64,000 nucleotides of DNA, from the NCBI RefSeq assembly GCF_006345805.1, contig NC_043000.1, positions 29,078,001-29,142,000 of the forward strand. Reading direction: 5' to 3'. Every line of letters starts with the position of its first letter. Positions within the stretch are counted from its first letter, which is position 1. A program made the position numbers and the translations under genes. A model generated the notes under the pieces. It was not told the origin of the DNA. It saw only the letters and a program-made list of their open reading frames with translations, and did not search any database. This document shows positions 25,571 to 36,735 of this stretch, in pieces. The stretch comes from Octopus sinensis. Taxonomy: Eukaryota.

Positions 25571-25643
<73 letters not shown>
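24096..25643. repeat. Near-identical tandem duplication, 755-bp period
   Basis: Units start gggagagtttacg at 24096 and 24851; differences largely confined to (CT)n/(TA)n tracts. Confidence 0.95.
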
Positions 25644-25646
<3 letters not shown>

Positions 25647-25849
25647 GTTTTTATAATAACTGAAAAGGCGATCCAGCTATGATCAATCATCTTGATTGAA
25701 GACTATGCAACCTTCCTCTTAACAGAGAATTAGGTGATTCGAGATAGATTTAGCAGTTATTTCTAACGGATCGAATAACCATATAACAATCAGTCCTTTC
25801 TAAAATAATTCTTCCTAATTTTTTTTTTTTTTTTTTGCAGGAGGCCAGC

Positions 25850-25980
25850 AGTTTTAAAGGGAGGGGTTTAGTCAGTTACATCGACCTCAGTATTGAACTG
25901 GTATTTATTTTACCGACCTCGGAAGAATGAAAGGCAGAGTAGTTGACCTCAGCAAGATTTGAACTTAGAACATAAAACGC
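25850..25980 (-). mobile_element. SINE family B, diverged
   Basis: gaatgaaaggcagag..gttgacctcagcaagatttgaactt. Confidence 0.6.
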
Positions 25981-26174
25981 TACTATTTCATCCGACACTC
26001 ACCCGATAATGGACCAAACGGATGGATAATGCCTGTTTAAAGGCATTTCAGCCGTGATCATCCCATATATGAAACCCTGAACCACATTAACTATTTAAGT
26101 CCCTTTTAAGACGGTAGTTTGTGATTTGAAGATATTTAGTTGTTATTCCTAGCAAATCAAGTGATTGCATAGAC

Positions 26175-26887
26175 CAGGGCTGGCCAACATGAGGCCCGCG
26201 GCCAGCAGACCTTTACCTTGCGGCCCGCTTGATACTTTCTTGAAATGGGTTTATTTAAACAAACATTTTTTTTAAATGTTATCAAAAATTAAAGATTGTA
26301 CTGAAAACTAAAAAAGAAAGATACAACTGTTTTTGCATTGATAATATTTCATGTTCAATCAACGATCATTTATTATTGTAATCGTCGTCGACTCCAGCTC
26401 GTATCCGAGCATTAGGTTTGTCAGTCTCCTCAGCAGATCTTTGTGCCGAATGGGACTTTGGAGTCCGAGTCGTTGGTGAAAGAGTCGTGGGCAGAATTCG
26501 CATAGGATGGTCGATGCAGGTCGAGGATCTTGAAGACGCTCTTTTCTTCTCCTGCATTTTACCTCCACATTCTGTTGTCTGTTCTGCTCGAAGGAGCTGG
26601 CTCCATTGCGGATGGCAGTCCTCCAGGCTGTCTTATTCCATGGCAACCTGTTCCCATGAGGATGGCTGGATGTTAGTTTGAGTCAGAGTCTGTTTGAGCT
26701 GATCTTTAAAACGGAATTTCGGGCCTCTGGGTCTTTCTATTTTTTGAATCTCAAAAAAAAAAACAAATTACGGTAATAATAGCATGAGAAAGCAAAATTC
26801 TTTCACTTTTGGCAGTATACAAGCGGCCCTCAGAAAACTTTCTGTGATTAGAGTGGCCCGCAATGTAATTCGAGTTGGCCAGGCCTG
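26175..26887. mobile_element. hAT (Charlie-like) MITE interrupted by an RTE fragment
   Basis: TIRs cagggctggccaac / gttggccaggcctg; degenerate 8-bp TSD gcatagac/acgtagag. Confidence 0.75.
26365..26745 (-). mobile_element. RTE-clade LINE 3' end
   Basis: RPRGPKFRFKDQLKQTL..SWEQVA..WRTAIRNGASSFE..CEFCPRLFHQRLGLQSPIRH (C-terminal zinc-finger-like region). Confidence 0.85.
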
Positions 26888-27478
26888 ACGTAGAGTGTCC
26901 CTTGCTGGTTTGTTTCTAGACTATGGTTTGAAGTCACTCAACGAAAATGTTGACAGGTAAATAAATCAAGGGTCAGGTGGATTCATGTGTGTATGGTGTC
27001 GTTGTATGATTGGATGAATGAGTCATTATCAAAAGAGAAAAACTAAAAGAACTATGAAACAACTGATATATTTCACTGGCTTGCTCAAGCGAACTTGTTT
27101 CCCATGTCGACGCCTGCTTTCATAGTTTATTAAAACTGACTATTATGGTGTATTCTATAGAATTTTTGATTTATTAAAATTATCTCCGCCTCTAGAAGAT
27201 GTAACGTAATTACTAAATGACAATTAAGAATAATTCCACATGAGAAGCGGGGGTAATTATCAGATGTTTGACATGTCATTAAGGAAAATAACAAGCTTAT
27301 TGTCTGAAGATAACAGGACAGTTGTTGACGCGTGTTTCTGAATCTTGAGATTATCTCCCCTGCTCAAGTGGAGTTGGCTTAATTACTATTTGATAGTTAT
27401 TACACACACCTCACTGGAGACGAGGATGATTTTAATAAATCGAGAACATGTCCTATGGTATTTGATACACCTGTATTG

Positions 27479-27549
27479 GTGTGAAGGCACGTGACTTAGT
27501 GGTTAGGTTAATCGGCTCACGGCTGTAGGTTCGATTCCCGACAGCACGT

Positions 27550-27550
<1 letters not shown>
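27479..27550 (+). mobile_element. SINE family D-like tRNA head
   Basis: gtgaaggcacgtgacttagtggttagg..ggttcgattccc. Confidence 0.55.
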
Positions 27551-27591
<41 letters not shown>

Positions 27592-27692
27592 CTATGTATC
27601 CACAGTTGTTGGTTTTGTTCTTGTTCTTGTTGTAGCAACAAAAACGCTTATATTAAATATGACTGAGCAAACCGTATTATGAGCTTGCATCT

Positions 27693-27733
<41 letters not shown>

Positions 27734-27735
<2 letters not shown>

Positions 27736-27844
27736 TATTCCATACAATAACCATCAGAGCATCACAACAAATCACAGCACATACCCAAGGCACACAGAGC
27801 TGCGCTCGGTAGTGAAGTGAAAGCACGCTATAAAAATAAAACTA

Positions 27845-27848
<4 letters not shown>
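27734..27848 (+). mobile_element. Severely 5'-truncated R4/Dong-type element (3' UTR only) inside (AAT)n
   Basis: Matches rc of 35742-35850; flanked by (AAT)n on both sides. Confidence 0.8.
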
Positions 27849-27910
<62 letters not shown>

Positions 27911-28212
27911 TAGCAAGTAATTAATTTTTAATCCTTTAATTAATTTAGAGATTTATAGTTATACTTATTCATATGACCACTAGGCTGGTTGACTTAGGGA
28001 ATGTTTAGCCAATCAACTGTTTGATTTTCTAGTCAGCTCACTGCTTAGGTGCTGTGAATGTTAGTTCAGAAGTTAGACTTTGTATCGTAATCTCTCAGTT
28101 TAGGTCATTTCCCTAGTCATTACCTCCCCTTCATCGTAATTATCATCCTTATCACCCTCCCTAATTCTTTTCCTGCGGAATAAATTCTCTTCATAGTCTA
28201 CAAATTTCACAC

Positions 28213-28433
28213 TCTTTTACTCTGTTACTCTTTTACTTGTTTCAGTCATTTGACTGTGGCTATGGTCGAGCACGTCCTTTAGTCGAGCAAATCGACCCCG
28301 GGACTTATTCTTTGTAAGCCTAGTACTTATTCTATCGGTTTCTTTTGCCGAACCGTAAGTTACGGGGACGAAAACACACCAGCATCGGTTGTCAAACGAT
28401 GTTGGGGGCAAACACAGACACACAAATATAAAT

Positions 28434-28513
<80 letters not shown>

Positions 28514-28678
28514 CATTTATACAACGGGCTTCTTTCAGTTTCTGTCTACCAAATCCACTTTGATCGGCCGAGGCTATAATAGAAGATACTTACCCAAGGT
28601 GCCACGCAGTGGGACTGAACCCGATACCATGTGTTTCGTAAGCAAGCTACTTACCACACAGCCACTCCTACGCCTATA
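28213..28678 (-). mobile_element. SINE family A, near full length
   Basis: Tail, (CA)/(TA) tract, head. Confidence 0.9.
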
Positions 28679-29721
28679 CAGTCCTATTTTATAAAGCTTT
28701 TGGACCATTCCACCCCACCCCCAACCGCCTTAAATCCTAAATGTCCAGATACCTCTCTATACGTTAATGGACACTGCTGGCATTGTTCATTCCTTCGCAT
28801 TGTACATGTTTACATGTTTGGTTTCTTTTTTAATTATAATGTTCTAGGCGTTTGGGGGCCCCTTACAGCATATACCACTTTTCCATATTTTTGTTTATTT
28901 TTCTTACTTATAGCAACCCGTATAACGGTCTTAATAGTTTCCCCTTTGTTTATAGATTTAACTGACCAATTATATCGAACGCTGGACCTTGGTCAATCCC
29001 ATTAGTAAGCAAATAATTGAAATTAATATTTGGGTACTTTATTATAAAAACAATTAATTACTACTATAAACATAATTAATAAAAACTATTATGATTACTT
29101 TAAAATTTTATGGTACCTTCACTCCCTCTTTGACTAAACCTGTTGGCGTATTCCATTATTATTAATTCTTTTATGTTTACTTTTTTTATTACTTATCCAC
29201 TCTATTACCCCCATAGAAAAAATTAACCCACCAGTTACTATTTTAAATTTAGTTATTTACTCAATGTCCTGAAGCGTCACATATGCAAAATGGTATGATT
29301 TAAACATATTCAGCCTTTCCTTTTCTTCTCTAGGCTCTTCTTCTTTTCTTTTATGTATGTATTTTTCTTCACTCTGATGAAGCTCCATGGTCCAGATCGG
29401 TTTTGTTACCAAATACGATGAATATTATTTTCTAGCATATCAATGGCAATACCATATAACACTGGAAGCAGAAACAGCTGTTAGATCGGATGCAGTCTAT
29501 TTGTATTGAGTTGAAAAATGATTATTAATGCGAGTCAATTGTTATTGATCAATATTTCTCCATTTTCTATTTACTATAAACTTGATTCCTGATATCTTTG
29601 TCATTACCTGTAATCTCTGAGCATAATATGCTTGCATATGTATGTCCAGGATTAACATAGGTAATTATACCGATAGTGTAATGGATACTTTTATCCCTTA
29701 GACGGTTATTCCAACTCTACT

Positions 29722-30063
29722 AACCTTAGACCCCCATTCTGTCATGACTGAACATTATAATTGCATCTAGAAAGTTACCCTCTCAGGCACAAGTCCGGGC
29801 AAGGTTGTTTATGGAAGACCAGCAGTCGCCCATGCATACCGGCCTCCCCTCTCCACGCCACCAGTGTTATCCAAGGGAAAGGCAACGGCCGATAAAGCTT
29901 GGCACCTGTGACGTCGCAACTCATTTCTACAGCTGAGTTAAATGGAGCAACGTGAAATAAAGTGTCTTGCTCAAGAACACAACACGCAGCCCGGTCCGAG
30001 ATTCGAACTCACAACCTCACGATCGTAAGCTCGACGCTCTAACCACTGAGCCATGCGCCTTCA
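29722..30063 (-). mobile_element. SINE family D, near full length
   Basis: rc gtgaaggcgcatggctcagtggttagagcg..gagttcgaatctcgg..cttgagcaagacacttt..aaacaaccttgcccggacttgtgcc. Confidence 0.85.
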
Positions 30064-30466
30064 CTTTACTAACCTGTGTGTATGTCTGTGCGTGTGTGTA
30101 TGTATGTATAATAATAGCCTTATTATCCCACATGAGGTGTCTTCTATGTACTGTGCGTTGCATCTGGTGTTATTGCACGTCCACGCCCACAAGGGAGCAG
30201 TGCAGCATCTTGAAGATAAGGCAACTGTTGTGGTAATATGGTTGGCACATTCCGTCTTCTCTGTTTATCTTTAATACATACCCAACGTCCATTCTGGAAT
30301 TATTACAACGATGTTGGGTAAGTGTTACTGATGATGCCTGGTAGCCATAAGTGGTGAACGTGCTCCGTGGATAGACGATCTGCGGCTTAGCCTGAAATAA
30401 GATTTCGATACTGTCTTTAACACGTAACCTTATATACATATATAAAATATATATATATATATATAT

Positions 30467-30497
<31 letters not shown>

Positions 30498-30527
30498 TAG
30501 ATATAGAGATAGATAGATAGATAGTAG

Positions 30528-30566
<39 letters not shown>

Positions 30567-30583
30567 GAGATAGATAGATATAA

Positions 30584-30618
<35 letters not shown>

Positions 30619-30619
30619 A

Positions 30620-30810
30620 GTGAACTCAACAAAGAAGAACAAACAAGAAAAACAATATTACGAGGACGTGGTACAAGTACTGTATTATCAAGCGCTCAGG
30701 AAGAAAAAGGAAAGAGGATTTAATGTTTCGAGCCTTGCTCTTCTTCAGAAATAGAGGAAAGTTCAAAGTAATGGAAGACAGAGGAAGAAAATCGCCAACG
30801 ATACACACGC
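30620..30810 (-). mobile_element. Family E2 short element with HHR motif (30718-30753)
   Basis: rc AUUU-CUGAAGA-A-GAGC-AAG-GCUC-GAAAC-AU-U-AAAU. Confidence 0.75.
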
Positions 30811-31322
30811 GATTGCATTTTGAAAAATGTGTGTATATATATATATATATATAGTATATATATATATATATATTTTCAACAATTGAGGTAAAATTAATTA
30901 GTTATTAATCAATTTCACCAAGTATTCAGTATGTAAAGGGACCAATTCGCCTTATATATTTATATATATAACATTCAGACACTAAGATCTGAAATAGATG
31001 TCACTACTGTTAATATCATCTGTGGAGAAACTTTAAAATTGATGATACCAGCAGTAGTAACATAGGTGGTCCGCAGGCAAATAGCATTATATAGCTATAA
31101 ATTACAAATTTGCACGAAGCCTAAGGATGCATAGAAGCATACACCTGCTAGAAATAAGAACTAAAGTCTTAATTAAGCCACCGTGCAATGCCAAGATAAC
31201 AGAGAAAAACAGTAAGCGACGAAACGGAAAGATTACATTCAAAGGCACAAAAAATAAAAGATTATGAAGTTTAGGACATCCACATATCCGGGTTTCGGAT
31301 TATTATTATATGTTATTATTAT

Positions 31323-31376
<54 letters not shown>

Positions 31377-31379
31377 CAC

Positions 31380-31545
31380 ACATTTTAGAAAACGGAGATA
31401 AAAAAAGAAAGCAAGAAAAATCAACAATGTGAGGACGTCGTAGAGACACTCAGAGAAGGAAAGAGTGGTTGTTTTATGTTTCGAGCAAAGCTCTTCTTCG
31501 GAAATAAGAAACATAGGAAAGTCCAAAAGAAGAGATAGAGAGAGG
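31380..31545 (-). mobile_element. Family E2 copy with mutated HHR (31471-31505)
   Basis: rc CCGAAGA-A-GAGC-UUU-GCUC-GAAAC-AU-A. Confidence 0.65.
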
Positions 31546-31754
31546 GGGAGAGAGAGAGAGAGAGAAAGATGGATGGATGGATGTGTGTGTGAGAGTGTGT
31601 GTGTATTTTGTGAGTGTGCTTATACGGTTTGCGTTTGACTCATAGCATAGATAGAGGTATTCTGTGCCAGAGTCAAGCAATGTGAAACTAGTTTGAATAG
31701 AACTACCGTTACTCATATCAAACTGCTGCTGCTGTCCCTCTGTTTTGTGTACCA

Positions 31755-32383
31755 CTACAAAAGAACATACACGCATACATACACAAACATGCACACATAC
31801 ATACACACATACATACACACACGTACTTACATACATACATACACATACATACACATACATGCACACATACATACACACACATACGTACATACATACATAC
31901 ACATACACACACATACATGCACACATACATACACACACATACATATACACATACATACACACACATACATACATGCATACGTACATACACACATGCATAC
32001 ATACATACACACATGCATACACACATATATACATGCATACATACACATATATACATACATACATACATACATATACACACATATACATACATATATACAC
32101 ACATACATACATGCACACATACATACACACAACATACATACATACATGCATACATACACACACACATACACATACATACACATACATACATGCATACATA
32201 CACACACACATACACATACATACACATACATACATGCATACATACACACATACATACACATACATATATGCACACATCCTATAACTGTTGTTAATAATCA
32301 TGAACTTTATCGAATATTGTCGAGAGAAAGAGTGAAAAATTATATCTTTGTGCTTATGATGCTCTTTCATACGAAGATTATAT

Positions 32384-32430
<47 letters not shown>

Positions 32431-32785
32431 TCTATCTATCTCTATCTCTGCATTTCTATCGTAGACTTCAATTCAAAGATATAGAATTCCCTTTGAAATC
32501 TGTTTATTCCACAATTATAAAGTGGTTAGCATACACTGACACGTGGAAACACACATATGCACACGTAAAAATACATTATATACATACATACATAATACAT
32601 ACATACATACATACATACATACATACATACACCTACATACATATATACATACATATATATATATTATATATATAATATATATATATATATACAATAACAT
32701 GTATATATATTATATATATAATATATCATGTATATATATACTATATATATATATATATCTATATATATATATATATTATATATAC

Positions 32786-32871
<86 letters not shown>

Positions 32872-33130
32872 ATATATATATACACATATATATATATTAT
32901 ATATATTATAATATACATATGGGTGATATATAATATATATATATATATAAGATATATATATATATATATATATATACACTGACACACACACACGCACTAT
33001 ACAGATGGGTTGATACAAAAACAAATATACAGATGTATGTTATGTACGTATGTATGCATGTAACTGTATGTATGTATATATAGTTGTAGTATGTATGTAT
33101 GTATGTATGTATGTATGTATGTATGATTAT
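31755..33130. repeat. Long compound (CA)/(CATA)/(CT)/(TA) microsatellite field
   Basis: Direct reading; explains ORFs 31474..32370, 31693..32484 and neighbours. Confidence 0.95.
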
Positions 33131-33441
33131 ATGTAGGTATGTACGAATGTAATAATGAAGCAAGGAAGGACGGAAGAAAGGAAGGACGAATGGAAGGAAG
33201 AAAGGAAGGAGTTTATATGAAATCTGTCCAAAACTGAAACAAACTTTAAAACGACGCACCAGCTAACCGTCACAGCGTTCTCGTGACTGCAGTACTGTTA
33301 ATGCGTATGTATACGTGACCTTGATCTTTAGTCTAGTCGCAGCTACATCGTGCCAAGAGTATCAGTCGCCGATCGAAGCGTGATGGAGTGGGGTGAGTTT
33401 AGCGCATTCGATGATTTGTCACTAGCTGAGTATTGAAGGAT

Positions 33442-33681
33442 TTGAAAGAACAATATTATGTTGTGTCTGGGGAGAGTCATTCTCTTTTGGTGCCTTATAA
33501 TTTAACACACTCACCGGTAAAATTTCCACTTATTTCTTATTTTCATTTTCCTAAAATTTTAGTTGCGTCTTGCAACTTTTTCCATAGTCTTGACTAAGTG
33601 AAAATTTTACCGGTGAGTGTGTTAAATCATAAGGCACAAAAAGAAAATGACTCTCTCCAGACACAACAGAATATGTTTCAA
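33442..33681. mobile_element. Foldback MITE with about 85-bp TIRs
   Basis: tgttgtgtctggggagagtcattctc..ccggtaaaatttccactta mirrored by taagtgaaaattttaccgg..ctctccagacacaaca. Confidence 0.85.
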
Positions 33682-33889
33682 CTCATGAACTCACATAAAG
33701 AATCTTGTAAACCAAATCCAAAAACGAAATATAAGAAAAACATGTTTATGCGAAATTGTTTTAAATTGGTAGAAACTTTTACAGAGATCTTTCTAATGCT
33801 GCAATGAACTACGGGAAGGATTGTTTGAGGCGTTCGCAATGTCACGAGTGGTACTAGCGTTTCAAATCGGTAAGGACGTCCAGGATGTT

Positions 33890-34905
33890 TTAAGAAAACA
33901 TAAGAAAATTATAAGATTGTTTTGAATTTGAGATTACATAGACAGTATTTTACGTAGGATATGGGCAGTTCCCATGAGCACTATCTTTTGAATTTCTGCC
34001 ATTTTGAGGTTTCCTGGTATCTGAGCTAGGTAGCAATCAGCCTCCTTTTCTATCATTCCCAGGGCACCTGTGACAACAGGTATTGTTTTAGTCTTCAGGT
34101 TCCACATTTTGCTGATTTCTATTTCAAGATCTTTATATTTTGCTCAGTTTCTGGTAGGTCTTGACAAATACATTTATGTCGATTGAGACAGTCATTCATA
34201 TCAGGCATGATTTTTGTCTGAAGTCTTTCAATATAATGTCTGGCTTATTCGCATCTATCTTTCTGTCAGTTTGAACGCTGAAGTTTCAGAGGAGTGAGAT
34301 GTGATGATTTTCAAGCTCTGGAGGTGGTTTGTGCTCCCACCAGTTTTTATCATGGGGCAGGTCCAGGTTTTTGCAAATTACCCAGTGAATATATTGTGCT
34401 GCTCTATCATGCCTGTTGAGATACTCTGTAGGCGCTAGAAGACTGCACATGGAGACAACATGACCAATGGTTTCATTTTGTTGTTGACATACACGACATG
34501 TTGGGCTACTACCGTTCTTTAATATATTGGCCTGGTAGCTCCCTGTGGGTAGGCATTGTGATAAAGCCTTCTGTTTCCGATTTTAAGCCAGAAGACACTA
34601 ACTATTGATGGATAAGCGCTTTGTCAACATCGGCATTATTCGCTCTCTTTGGGCATTTGCCATTGAGAGGTTTTTCTTATCATTTATCAGTAAGAATATC
34701 TAAGGCAGTAGTTTTGGCACGGGTTTTCATACGCTTAGCTTTTTCTGTGCTTGTTTCCAATACGTCTCATTCTGAAATTTGTTCTATTTGGAATTCACTT
34801 AGGTATTCCTTTGCCGGTTTTGTTACTGAGTATGATGCTTTCTTGTTTTCATGCTTTAAGACAAGTTTTAACATCCAGTCATCAGAGCTTTCTATGTAGG
34901 TGTTT
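33890..34905 (-). mobile_element. R4/Dong-type non-LTR retrotransposon (RLE), 5'-truncated, copy 1
   Basis: LKSETEGF, CRVCQQQNETIGHVVSMC (CCHC), RHD..YIHW, ANKPDIIL (PD), KYKDLEIE, QKIVLMGTAHILRKIL. Confidence 0.9.
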
Positions 34906-34912
34906 ATTATTA

Positions 34913-34975
<63 letters not shown>

Positions 34976-34982
34976 CATCATT

Positions 34983-35017
<35 letters not shown>

Positions 35018-35118
35018 TATTATTATTATCATCATCATCATCATCATCACCATCATCACTATCATCATCACCACCATCATCATCATCATCACCATCAGTA
35101 ATATTATTATTATTATTA

Positions 35119-35179
<61 letters not shown>

Positions 35180-35190
35180 TTATTATTAGT
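34905..35190. repeat. (TTA)n/(TCA)n microsatellite
   Basis: Direct reading. Confidence 0.95.
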
Positions 35191-35400
35191 TTCTCTTTAT
35201 CATAGGTTTTGTTGGAGCTCCTGGAATCTTGCATGCATAGCGGGCTTACTACCTGCAGCTTACGGTGCCATGTTATCCGTTCTTTTCGGCTATCTAATAC
35301 TTTCCTGGTCATTCTGGCTGTGCCAAGGAGGCAAACCTTTTGTGACAGTTCTACTGGGCACTCTATTCCAATTTCCTTTATATTCCTCTTGTTGCATGAG
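35190..35400 (-). mobile_element. R4/Dong-type 3' end, second subfamily
   Basis: CPVELSQKVCLLGTARMTRKVLDS then a short 3' region ending in (TAA)n. Confidence 0.7.
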
Positions 35401-35402
35401 AA

Positions 35403-35740
35403 TACATACAGAATAATTATTATTATTGAGTGAGAGAGCAGTGCATGCCATCAAAGTGACACTGGGGTAAAATATATGAAGCCCAGTATACCCATCATGA
35501 TTACCCATCTGATAAGAGTACACCAAGCTCATGCATCACAACAATATGTGCGCGATATGGTGATCTCATATCAAGATTAACTACGCATAACCTTGCAGGT
35601 GGAGCCCAGTTAGAATTTTCTTCAGGTCGAGTAGTTCATCCTGCTCAAAAGGGCCTTGAATAAGGATTGTTTAAGGATGTTGAACGAAACACCCATGTTT
35701 CCAGAGGTGACTTATTCAAACACCAAATAATTCCTCTCCT
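35403..35740 (-). mobile_element. Non-coding repeat ending in (AAT)n, embedded in the RLE array
   Basis: No RLE motifs; rc ends ..gcactgctctctcactcaataataataat; identification as a repeat rests on context and recollection. Confidence 0.45.
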
Positions 35741-35741
35741 A

Positions 35742-36630
35742 TTTGTCACGTGCTTTCACTGCACTACCGAGCGCAGATCTGTGTGCCTTGCGTATGTGCT
35801 GTGGTTTGTTGTGATGGTCTTATTTTTAGTGTATTGAAAGTGTTTTACGTAGGATGTTTGCGGTGCCTAGTAGTGCTATTTCTCTATGTTATATATACTT
35901 GTTAGTACTGGTGTTTTTGTTAGGTATTTGTCAGAATATTTTTTTATCGTGCCTAATGCGCCTATTATGATAGGAATTGTTTCCGTTTTTAGATTCCACA
36001 CTCGAGTTACCTCTATTTCTAGGTCTTTGTATTTTGAAAGTTTTTCCATTTCTTTTAGAGAAACATTGTCATCAGCCGGTATTGATACATCAATTAGAAA
36101 GCAATTTTTTTATGATCTCTGACAACTATATTCGGCCTATTGGTCTTCATGTTTCTATGTGTGTATTGGTATATTCCAGAGTATGGTTTCTTTCTCGTTT
36201 TCTGAGACCATTTCTGGTGTGTGCTTATACCATCTTTTTTCTGTTGTTATTCCATAGTGTTGGCATAGCTTCCAGTGTATATAGATCCCAACTCTGTCGT
36301 GTTTGTGAATATATTCCTTCCTAGCCAGGACTGGACAGCCACAGATAATATGATTTATTGTTTCTTGTCCATCTCCACTTATTCTGCAGTTACTTATGTT
36401 TCTTTTCATTATATGTTTTTGGTAATTTCTGGTAGGGAGGCTTTTGTCTTGTGCTGCAATTAAAAATCCTTCAGTCTCTGCTTTGATTTCTGGACTTCTC
36501 AGCCATTCTTTTCTGTTGAGGTTAACCCAATACTTGCCATGAAGGGGCTTTTCCCGTTATAATTTTACCATGATCCGTTGTTGTTCCAGTTTTAGTTTGG
36601 ATTTCACTTGTTTTACAGCTTTTGTATTAT
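35742..36630 (-). mobile_element. R4/Dong-type non-LTR retrotransposon (RLE), 5'-truncated, copy 2
   Basis: KPLHGKYW, AETEGFLIAAQDKSLPTRNY, CRISGDGQETINHIICGC, HDRVGIYIHW, KYKDLEIE, IALLGTANILRKTLS; 3' UTR 35742-35830. Confidence 0.9.
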
Positions 36631-36674
36631 TATTGCTGTTGTTGTTGTTGTTGTTTTTATCCTTATTATTATTA

Positions 36675-36735
<61 letters not shown>

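Noticed and set aside
29365-29410. CUGAUGAAGC motif as a hammerhead
   Set aside because: No GAAA or stem III downstream
33682-33982. Apparent short TIR pair ctcatg..catgag
   Set aside because: The right-hand match lies inside the RLE element coding sequence (LMGTAH); coincidental
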